A stretch of 64,000 nt of DNA from Hyaloraphidium curvatum SAG 235-1 (taxonomy: Eukaryota; Fungi; Monoblepharomycota). The notes beneath the pieces are model-generated. The model searched no databases, had not been told where the DNA came from, and saw nothing but the letters and a program-made list of their open reading frames with translations. The translations under genes were made by a program, and so were the position numbers. Shown here in pieces: positions 1 to 9,685 of this stretch. Numbering within the stretch: position 1 is the first letter of the stretch; every line of letters starts with the position of its first letter. The stretch lies in the NCBI GenBank assembly GCA_025558095.1, contig JAIVFI010000001.1, forward strand, positions 744,001-808,000, written 5' to 3'.

Positions 1-1025
1 GTTTTCTCTGTGCAGTGCGACGTGCTGGTCGAGGAGTCGGTGAACAATGCCGTCAAGGCGGCGTACAAGAACGGCGGGAGCAAGCTGAACATCGTAGTGC
101 ACAGCGCAGGAGGGTTCCAGCCGGATGCGCACCTCATTTCGCTTGTCAACGTTCCCCTGGAGGGCTGGAAGGTGCGCAACTGTGCAGTTGACTTGCTTCC
201 ACCCATTCAGTTCCCTTCTCCTCTTTTCATTCTTATTCCTCCACGACACCCAACCGGCGCCGATCGTCAGGCCAACTTGGACTTCAACCTCACGTCATTC
301 TTTCTCGTTGTCAAGCACGCGGCCCCGTTCCTCGCCAAGACGGCCAAAGGCATGCCAACGGAAATGTCAGAGAGACCGCCTACGGCCTCCGTCGTCGCCA
401 TCTCGAGCGTTTATGCAGTTCGGCATGCCGCCTTCGGCTCGCCATACTGTGTCTCTAAGGCCGGAGTCGATGCCACTGTCAGGGCCTTCGCCTGTGAATT
501 GGGTTCGCAGGGGATACGAGTCAATGCGATTGATGTGAGTGCTGCCGCCTCCGGCGCCGGGACCTTCGGCAGCCTGACGGTCATGCCCGGGCTGTCGAAC
601 CTCGTCCAGGTGGCCGCTGCACGGTGGAGCAACTTCCTGACGTCGAGCAACGTGGCACGTTCGCTGTTGGGGCGCGTTGTTTTCTTCGCGCGCGGACGTC
701 GGCAACCTGCTCCTGACGTGATGCACGCCAGTCCGGACTTATCTTGACGCCTCTCACCAAAGTCTACGAAGGCTCCCCTCTCTTCACATCCTTTTTCGGG
801 AACCAGATCCTCGAGCGCCACGGCAGCGTCGCCGACATCGGCAACATGGTGCGCTTCCTGGCCGGGCCTGAGAGCGCGTGGATCACGGCGGAGTCAATTT
901 CCGTCGACGGCGGGCACCGCGTGTTTGGCGCCGGGAGCGACCCGGACAAAACGGAGGCAACGATCCGGATGATGTTTGGGGCCGCGGCGGACGAGAGGAT
1001 CCAGTTTCCCGAGGCCGAGGAATAA
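1..1025 (+). CDS. Short-chain dehydrogenase/reductase (SDR), 5'-truncated by window, 2 visible introns
   Basis: QCDV, VVHSAGG, catalytic S...YCVSK (YxxxK), GIRVNAI, C-terminal WITAESISVDGG. Introns ~172-270 and ~535-731; stop TAA 1023-1025. Confidence 0.85.
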
Positions 1026-1226
1026 GATCGCCTTGGCCTTGCTGTCCGCTTCGCCCCGCACCTCCATGTACTCGATCTCCATCTCCTCGAAGAGTCTCGC
1101 CCGATACCGAAACAGAAACGATTTCTCGTCCAATTCGGTTTGCGGGGGGAGGCGACGCGACGGACGATGGATTCTCGTGAATGAAAGCTCCGGCTACCTT
1201 TTCGCATCGATGATTATAAGAGATGC

Positions 1227-2381
1227 TCAACCACGCCACTTCAAGTCTACGTTCGGGAACGCACGCCACCAGTTGACCTCCGACTCGGCGTAGTTTAGGT
1301 GTCGATGCAAGCTCACAACGATGCGGAGGTCCGGTGCGCCTCGGATCCTTCGGGCAAGCGAGGCCAGATCGGGCGAGTCTGCCGCTGGCCAAGGCCGCAT
1401 CGCGCTCAGCCCGGACAGCGCAACCTCCTCGATCTTCGGGAAATGGCACAGCATCCACTCCATCTGCGCGGCGGAAGATAGCACCACGCTGGCCCGACGC
1501 ACGGAAGGCAGTATCCCGTCGGGCAGAGGAAACCTGTCGAGCGCGCCGAACACGATCCTCATTTCGCGGGGACGGATGCCCGGAGCACGGAATAGCCAGC
1601 CGAGATCGTCCGACAGGATCGAAAGCGCGACCATCTTGGACGCGAGCTCGGGTCCGATGCCGATCTCAGAGTCGATGTACCTCTCGAGGCAGAACCCGTC
1701 GAGCCGTGCGGCATGCTGCTCCAGATCGCTGAGAACGTCCCGCCTGGCGCCCCCAACAACGTGCACGGAATCGAGGGAGAAGCTCCGGACGGTTGGCGGT
1801 AGCCAGAACCCCGTGCCGCGCGGCCGGATGAAGTTGCGGGCCGCGAATCCGATCGATTCCAGGAGCGGAGCTTCGCAGAGCACGGTCCAGATTTCCGACG
1901 AGCGTTCCTCATTGTAGAAGAAATCTCCTTGTATCCGCACTTGGCGCACGCGGGGCACGCATCGGCGGAGCAGGTCGATCTGCCGACCGAACGTCTCGTT
2001 GTCAAAGAAGCCGTACATCGACCCGAACGTGACCGCGCGCACGAAATCGAGCTTGTCCGTCCCGAAGGGGTCCTCGAGGAACGACCGCCACGTTCTCTCG
2101 GAACAGCCAATCGAGGCGAGCGGCAGGTGCTCCGTCAGGAACGGGATGCCCGCCAAATAGCTCTCCTTACACACGCTCATGAACGCCAGCAGCGCTTTCG
2201 GCTTGTCTTCGGGCGAGCGGAGGTAGATGGCGATGATCCGAAGCAGTTCCGGGGGGAGACGGTGTCCGGCGGAACGCTGACTGTGCGCCGCGGCCTCAGG
2301 GGTGGCGGCCCGCGGCTGAGCCTTGCGCCCGCGCCGCAACGAGCCGGCGACCGCCGAAGCCTTTTTCCTGCCGTTGCCCAT
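1227..2381 (-). CDS. F-box-like / degenerate LRR protein, intronless (384 aa)
   Basis: N-terminal RLPPELLRIIAIYL...LLAFMSVCK resembles an F-box; followed by LxxLxL-type repeats. Confidence 0.6.
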   Translation of the reverse strand: MGNGRKKASAVAGSLRRGRKAQPRAATPEAAAHSQRSAGHRLPPELLRIIAIYLRSPEDKPKALLAFMSVCKESYLAGIPFLTEHLPLASIGCSERTWRSFLEDPFGTDKLDFVRAVTFGSMYGFFDNETFGRQIDLLRRCVPRVRQVRIQGDFFYNEERSSEIWTVLCEAPLLESIGFAARNFIRPRGTGFWLPPTVRSFSLDSVHVVGGARRDVLSDLEQHAARLDGFCLERYIDSEIGIGPELASKMVALSILSDDLGWLFRAPGIRPREMRIVFGALDRFPLPDGILPSVRRASVVLSSAAQMEWMLCHFPKIEEVALSGLSAMRPWPAADSPDLASLARRIRGAPDLRIVVSLHRHLNYAESEVNWWRAFPNVDLKWRG

Positions 2382-2520
2382 CTCGCAGCGGGAAGTTGGA
2401 GGACGTTTGGGCTGGGCAGCGACGGGTGAGTTCCCGACTTCGTCACCACACCACGCAACTGTCTCCCTCCCGTCGCGAACGTCTCGCTACCCGCCTTTAC
2501 AGATCAAACAACAAAATTCA

Positions 2521-3288
2521 TCATCGCGCCGCCAGCAATCCACCATCGACGGTCAGCTCCGCCCCGCTCACGTAGGACGATTCGTCCGACGCCAGGAATA
2601 GGACGCAATTCGACACCTCTTCGGGCGCCGCGAGCCTCCTCAGGGGGGTGGAATCGATGAAGCGCTGTAATCCCCCCGGGGGCAGAAGCCTGACCTCCTC
2701 CGCAAGCATGTCGGTGTCGATCGCGCCGGGGTGGATGCTGTTTGTACGTATTCCCAACGGTCCGTAGGTCTCGCAGGCGCTCTTGGTCATGAGGGTGACG
2801 GCACCTTTGGAGGCCGTGTACGCCAGGTATCCCTCGGCCCCGATGAGGCCGTAGATCGACGACACGTTGATGATCGACCCCTTGCCCTTCTCCTTCATGT
2901 TCGGCACGCAGTGCTTCATCCCCAGCCAGACGCCTTTGGCATTCACGTCCATCGTCCTTTGCCATCCCTGCTCGTCGAGCTCCACGGCGTCCCGCATCTC
3001 CAGGATGCCGGCGTTGTTCACGAGCACGTCCACCCCGCCCCAATCCTTGCACGCCGCCACCGCCGCCTCCCAGTCCTCGGCCCGGGTCACGTCCAGCTTC
3101 ACGAACCGCACATCGAGCCCCTGCGCCCGGAGCTCCGCCTCGTGCTTTGAGCCCAGCTCCGTCAGGATGTCCCCAAAGACCACCTTGGCCCCGTGCTGCG
3201 CGAGCTTCCTGACGTGGGCGGCGCCCATCCCGCGCGCGCCGCCGGAGACGAGCGCGACCTTGCCACCGAGCCGCGATGAGACGGACAT
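2521..3288 (-). CDS. Classical SDR, 3alpha,20beta-hydroxysteroid / cyclopentanol dehydrogenase-like, intronless (255 aa)
   Basis: GKVALVSGGARGMG, LVNNAGI, SIINVSS, YTASK, NSIHPG, LFLASDESSYVSGAELTVDGG. Confidence 0.92.
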   Translation of the reverse strand: MSVSSRLGGKVALVSGGARGMGAAHVRKLAQHGAKVVFGDILTELGSKHEAELRAQGLDVRFVKLDVTRAEDWEAAVAACKDWGGVDVLVNNAGILEMRDAVELDEQGWQRTMDVNAKGVWLGMKHCVPNMKEKGKGSIINVSSIYGLIGAEGYLAYTASKGAVTLMTKSACETYGPLGIRTNSIHPGAIDTDMLAEEVRLLPPGGLQRFIDSTPLRRLAAPEEVSNCVLFLASDESSYVSGAELTVDGGLLAAR

Positions 3289-3671
3289 GTTCGGGGTGCG
3301 CTCGTCGCGTGGAGCGGCAAGGAGATTGGGAGACGGAGCGGAGGTGCGCCAGCGTCGCCGCCACAGCCTCCACCCGATCGATCACACCTATCCGTCACGG
3401 GTGGATAGGCGAGCCGTCCATATCATCCGGCAGCAGATCGACGGCTCTTGTGCATCCGCGACCCGTGGCGCTGCCGATTCCAAGCCGATCCCGCATCCTC
3501 GCATTCGAGCAGCACACTCATCCTCTCCCCTTTACCACTCTCCCCGATGGCCAATCCCTCCCCGCAGGCAGGCCCGAATCCAAACAACAAAGATGCATTA
3601 CTTCCCAACAAACTATCTATGACTAGTGTACAGTGCCCATTTCCATTTCCATCGCATCGCATTCGTCCCAG

Positions 3672-3770
3672 ACTTGATCGGTTCACTTGGTACTCGGTTT
3701 CGCGTCACAGTTATCGGTTCCCGTACTTGATATGCTCGGTATGCTGCGGTATGTCACTTGATGGTATGCC
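3672..3770. repeat. Degenerate short direct repeats (ACTTGRT...CGGT / GGTATG)
   Basis: acttgatcggttc (3672), acttggtactcggtttc (3685), agttatcggttc (3709), acttgatatgctcggtatgctgcggtatg (3725), acttgatggtatg (3756). Confidence 0.55.
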
Positions 3771-3849
3771 TTGTCTTGTCTTTCTTGCCTTGGCGCCGAC
3801 GTCGGCGCATCATCCCCCACGCGCACAGCCGTCCGGGGGAGCGTCCACC

Positions 3850-6006
3850 TCAGGCCCTCCTCGCCTTCTTCCTCCTCCCCCCCTCCCCAGCGACATCCAG
3901 CTCCACCTCGCACCCCGCGTCCATCCCCCCGAACAGCGGGGAGTAGGCGACCTGCGGGTGCGGGCTGCGCGGGGGGCTCGCCTGCGCGGCCTGCTTGGCC
4001 GCTCCCCGGGGTGGCCGGGGCGAGTCGAGGGCCGAGACGGCGGTTCCCCTGCGCGGGGTGGCGCACGGGCGGGCGTCCGAGGGGCGGGGTGGAGGGAGCA
4101 TGCACTCCCGGGCGGGGAGGCGGAAGGCAAAGACGCCGGAGAGGTCGTCGTCCTCCTCCGCCGCGGGCGCGGGCCGCTTGCGCGTGCCCAAGGGGGGATG
4201 CGGCGTCGCGGGCGCGGTGAGGTTGCGCCGGGGGGTCGTGGCCTTGCACGGCGTCGGCGATGGCGTCGGGAGGGGAGCGTGCGGGGTGCGCGGGTGGGCG
4301 TCGTCAAAGACCGACATGTCGACGATCTCGTCCAGCGGGATCGCGCGGGCGGGGGAGGCGGCGGGGGAGGCGGCGGGGGAGGGCATGAGAGTCGGCGGGA
4401 TGGTGCGGCGCGGGGCCGAGGTCGGTGCGGGGACGGCGAAGCCGGGGGTCGGGTGCGGCTGAGCGTCGGCGGAGGCGTCCGATGCGTCGCCGCGGGGCGC
4501 CTCGTGCGCGTGCCCGCCCTCTGCTTCGGGCTCCGCATCGGGGAGCGTCTCGGCGTCGCCATCGTCCTCGGACACGAACCCCCCCTGCACGAAGCTCTCC
4601 ACCGCCGTCTCGATCCCGAGAACGTCCACCCACTCGACCGAGTCCCCGTCGTCCCAGTCCTCCGCGGGCGTGCACGCGGGCGTCGGCGGCACCCGCGCAG
4701 GGCTCTCGTCGGGGAACCGCCGCGGGCTGCGGCGGGGCGTGGCCTGAGCCGGGGTCGGAGGCGGCCGGGCCGGGGTTGGCGGCAGCCGCGGCATCTCGCC
4801 CCCCGCATCACCGTCGGCTTCCTCCTCATCCATCCCCTCCTCGTCCTCGGAAAACTCCACCGGCTCGCACGCAACCTTGCCCGCGCCAGCGCCGCCGTTC
4901 TTCCTCCTCCGCTCCTTGCCCGGCCCCGTCCCGTCCTGCAGCACCTTCCACAGGATCTCCCCCCCAGATCCCGCAAGCACCTCCCTCCCGCCCACGGCCG
5001 CGTACCCCTTCTCCCCTCCCACCACGATCTTGCCCTCGTCGTCGCACCGCACGCCGTGCGCGCGGGCCTGGAGGGGGCTGCAGCGGTGCTCGCGCTCACG
5101 GTTGGAGGGGTAGTCGGTCGTCACGAGGACGGGGATGTAGCAGCGGGCGCCGTCGTTGCGGGGACGGCCGATGGGGCGGAGCTTGAGGACGATGCGGGGC
5201 TGCGGCGGGGGAGCGGGTTCGGATGAGGTGGCCGGTGCCGCGGGGGTTGCCTTGGCGGGGCAGGCGCATGCGCCGGGGGAGCAGGTGGGGCAGGAAGCGG
5301 ACGTGGATGCGACGGCCGGGGTCGCGCCGTCGGCGGGGACGGCCGAGACCGGGGCGGCCGGGGGTGAGGACGGTTTCTTGGGCTTGGGGCCGGCGGTGAG
5401 CTTGATCTTGAGCGCAACCTGCGGCGTCTCGGCGGGAACAGAGGTCGCCGGGGCGATCATCGTCGCCTACAGTCGACGGATCAAACCATCAGAGGATGCC
5501 CCGAGTTTCATGCGGCGGGACGGCCCACCTGGGGGACATTGGCCGCCTCCTTCCCCTCGACCTTGATCGGCACCGGCGCCTGCGCCGGCACTGCCGCCTT
5601 CTTCTTGGCCGCCTTCTTGGGCCCGACGGCGACGACCGTCACGGCCTCGTTCACCTTGACCTCGGCCTTGCGGTGCGACTTGGCCGCTGCTCGCCGGGCG
5701 GGCCGCGATCAGCCGACCGGCACGTGATCACCCGGCGGCACGCCACCCACCCGTCTTCCTGGCGGCGGAACCCGCGGGCGATGTCGGCCCGGACGAGGTC
5801 TCGGCCAGGGTGGCCGCGCTGTCGGGCGAGCCGGGTTCCTTGGCGGCGTCGGCGGGCGGCGCGGCGGGACCCTGGGGGGCGATCGCCAGCGCGGTCTTGC
5901 GCGGTCTCCCGGGCGGCCGCTTGGCGGGTGCGAGGGCGACGGCGAGCTGCTTCGCGGGCGCGGCCGAGCGTGCGGCCGCGGCGCCGGAGCGCTTCGAGTT
6001 TGCCAT
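3850..6006 (-). CDS. Pro/Ala-rich, largely disordered AT-hook protein, about 2 introns
   Basis: ATG 6006 (MANSKRSG...PAKRPPGRPRK, AT-hook). A Lys-rich exon ~5530-5705 splices (intron ~5468-5529) into ORF 3850-5460, which has a second GRPR (RPIGRPRN) and an acidic tract. Confidence 0.6.
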
Positions 6007-6625
6007 GCCTGGCGGCGGTGGCTGGGGGAGACGGGGGCGGCAGCATGTGCGGCGGGCGGCGGGCGGCGGGCGGGGCGGTGACGTGGCGATGCGTGCGATG
6101 CGGACGCGATGATGACGTGGCGAGAGGCGCCGGGGGGGCGGGAGGGCGGGCAAGAGGGAGCGGGAGTCAGCAGAGTTCGGGCGGCGGCCGCCATTCATTC
6201 GCCGCACCGGACGCGGCACCGGGGCCGCGGCGATGATCGCGATGCGGCGCCGCACCGTGCGGAGCACTCACCTGCCCGCAGGCTGCCGAGTGTTTGTGTG
6301 GATGGGGTGCAAAGATTGGCTCGCGGAAGGGCGCGGGCGGGCGGGCGCCCCACGCCGCGAACCGCCCCCCACACTCGACTCCGCCGTTCCCCACGTTCGG
6401 GGGCGGGTTATGCGATCCCGGAAATGATGACCGCGATGTCGCCGTGATGCGATTTGTCCTCCCCGATGCGAGGCGGAATTCGTCGTAGAGCAAGGTCTCA
6501 AAAGGGATTGGAGTGTCGACAAGTCAGGTGCATGATCAAGGCCGGGCCGCAGTCAGTTTCTTTCGGGACGCCCCTCCCATGCCCTAGGCCCCTCTTATCC
6601 GCTTCCTCCGTCCTGCTCTTCCACC

Positions 6626-7766
6626 ATGGCGTCGGCCGAGATGATCGGCTGGCTGGCCGGCAACGTCGCCGCCACCGTCGGCATCGTCATGTTCAACAAG
6701 CAAGTCGTCCGGCTGGGGTTCATGGCCATGGTCTTCCTGAGCGCGCTGCACATGATCGCGACCTACATCGGCTGCGTCGTCATGCTGCGGCTCAAGGTGT
6801 TCGAGTACAAGGACGCCGCGTTCAGGACCGTGTTCATTATGGCCATGGTGCGTTGGCGAGCCGTTCGGGGGACCGTTCACCTGCCGGCGGGAAGGCCGGC
6901 ACGAATCAGAGGGACGCGATGACGTGTTCCACGCGTCGGGATCCGTTCTGCGCGCCGCAGCCGCCGCGGAATCCCGCCTTCCCGCCCGCGCGCTCGACCA
7001 GCGTCCCACCTCCCCCGCCACCAACCAGCTCACCCCCTTTCCCCCCATTCCAGGCCTCCCTCGCCTCCGTGGTCTTCATGAACCTCAACCTGGCCTACAA
7101 CTCCGTGGGCTTCTACCAGCTCTCCAAGCTCGGCACGATCCCCATCACCGTCACCCTCGAGTACATCTTCTTCCGAAAAACCATCTCGTGGCGCGTCGCC
7201 GCCACCCTCCTCCTCATCTCGGCCGGCGTCGGCATCGCCACCGTGACGGACATTTCGTTCAACGTCACGGGCACCATCTACGCCGCCATCGCGATGGTCT
7301 GCACCTCGGCCTCGCAGGTCTTCTTCGACCCCCTCCGCAAGGAAATCGAGTGCGACGCACTGCAGGCGCTGTACCATACCACCCCCGTCATCGCCGCCGG
7401 GATGCTGCTGTGCTCGCCGGCGTTCGGGGAGCTCGAGGGGATCAGGCAGACGGACTTCCACGTCGGCCTGGTGGTGGCCATCGCGCTGTCGTGCGTGACG
7501 GCGATCGCGGTCAACGTGACCAACTATGCCGTGCTGAGCAGGATCAGCGCGCTGAGCTACACCATCCTGGGGTCGGTTCGCCCTTGTGCCAGGCTTGCTC
7601 GGGATACTGATCCCGCGCTCCGCGCAGGCACTTCAAAACCATCTCCATCCTCACCCTCGGCGCCATCCTGTTCGACTCCAAGCCCGGGTGGAAGTCCATC
7701 GCCGGCGCGGTGCTGGCGCTGGGGGGCGTGGTGCTCTACTCGGAACTTAAGCGGAGGGGCCTGTGA
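6626..7766 (+). CDS. Nucleotide-sugar transporter (TPT/SLC35E family), 2 introns
   Basis: NVAATVGIVMFNK, NLNLAYNSVGFYQLSKL, SALSYTILG|HFKT; multiple TM helices; introns ~6849-7053 and ~7573-7628; TGA 7764-7766. Confidence 0.88.
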
Positions 7767-7929
7767 TCCCGCTGCTGATGGGGACGGGGCCGGCGGATGG
7801 GAGGGGTGGGAAGGATGGGGGGGACTCGGACCAGGACTGGAAATGGACAGAGGAGCAGACAGATATGCGGCGGGGTAATCTACCATACAGTACACGGCCA
7901 GACCACCACCGCCCCCCTCCTTCCCATCA

Positions 7930-9565
7930 TCATTCCGGCAGCGGCTCCGGAAACAGGACCTCCATGAGGTTGCGCCACCACCCCCTGTTGTACAGGCTCT
8001 CGACCTCGTCGTAGCTCCGCAGCTCGCGCTGCTCCCACTCGGCGTCCACGTCGCCGATCGCCTCGTCCTCGGCGCGGCGGAGGCGTCGCCGTCCGCTGCG
8101 GCGGGGCGGCGCCGCCGGACGCCCGAACCGTCCGCTGCGGCGCCGTTGCCATCCGACGCGGCGGACGCGCCGTCTTTCCGGATTGGCCGCCGCACGAGCA
8201 GCGGCTTGCCGCCCTCCATCGCCTCGCGTACCTCGTCCCACTTTGCCGTCTCGTTCGCTATTCGTTTCGTCAGCTCCCATCACAGCGCGACAGAGGTAGA
8301 CCCACTGGTGGTGTTCTGAAGCACGAGGTGGAGCTGGTACAGGAAGAAAAGGAAGACGACGATGAAGGCCAGCACGAGGAAGGCCGAGAGGCCCATGAGC
8401 CCGGGTTCCTCCGCGAGCATCCACTGCCGCCACGAAAGGGCCGTTAGCGCGATCGCCCCCCGTCCGCACGCAACGGGACGACGCACCAGCCACCGCTCCG
8501 AAAACGTCAGCCTCCTCCGTCCCCCAGTGTCCCGGTCCAGGAAGAAGAACTTGGCCACGTTGCGCCGGTCCATCTCGCTGCGCAGGGTTTGGACGACGAC
8601 AAAGGCGCCGTAGGAGCAGATCCAGGAGGTGGAGAGGAGGAAGAGGAGGAAGTAGCGGTGGTTGTTGTGGCCGACTGTCCGCCGCAACCATGCAGTTGCC
8701 GTCAGCGCCCATTGCCGCTGGCATCACCCGCAAAGCGACGAACCGCAGTTGTTCACCCAAACGCAGTGGTGATCCTGTCTCGCCACGCACGCCTTGCACA
8801 GCCCGCAGTGCTTGCTCCTCGCGGGCTTCTGCAGCCCGCAAGTGGCGCACTGCCGCGGCGAGTAGAGCACGTGGTCGTATTCGTAGAGCTCCAGGGCGCG
8901 GTGCACGTTGCGGGGGGTGACGCGGCCGGGGGAGGAGAACATGGCGAGGAAGAAGGAGGCGTAGACGGTGATGATGGTGGGCCAGACGGTTGTGCTGGGA
9001 AGGCGAGGGTGGACGCGTTAGCGGCCCGCCTCGGTGACAGGAGGAAGGTCGAGCCCACTAGGTGAGGAACGGTCCTATGTTCTTGTTGGGCAGCTTGGGC
9101 AACCCGTCCTTGACGAACACGACGACACCGATCGTCAGCAAGGTGAGGAAGAACATCTGCCACCCCGGGAACGCCAGGGGACGCGTCAGGGCGCGTCGCA
9201 ACCCGCGACGCGTAATCCCACCGCCATCAGCGGGTGCGCGCTCGTCCACATCCACTTCCCCGCGCCCTTGATCGAGTCGGCGACCCCTGCGCCGCAGCAC
9301 GAGCGGACGACGGAACTTCCCCCGCCTCGTCAGCACGGCCCGTAATCCCGCCGAGCACAGTGACCCACTCCCCGATCTTGAAGCACCCATCCGTAAGAAA
9401 GTCGTACGCCGTGCCGACGATCGTGTCCTTCCACGTCGGCGTGGGCCCGAAGAGCATGATGAAGACAAAGAGAACTGCGGAGCCGGAGGTTAGGGGGTGG
9501 CGGGCCGGGCGGCCGGGGCACGCACGGAGGAGGATCAGGTACGACCCCAGGAAGATGAAAAGCAT
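7930..9565 (-). CDS. SWF1: DHHC palmitoyltransferase, Swf1/ZDHHC4-like, multi-exon
   Basis: [35 protein letters not shown]|[13 protein letters not shown]; N-terminal [14 protein letters not shown]; C-terminal [16 protein letters not shown]. Confidence 0.85.
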
Positions 9566-9685
9566 CCTGAAGGCGTAAACAGGGGGCAAGAAGGAACTGA
9601 GTGAGAGGACTTGAAACGCACGATAAAGGCTCTCAGAAATCCACCCATCGGCACTCCGGGTAGCGGAAGCCCGCTGCGGGCCGCC

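Noticed and set aside
3672-3770. CRISPR-like array
   Set aside because: Units are short and degenerate, lack regular spacers, have no cas genes, and the context is eukaryotic.
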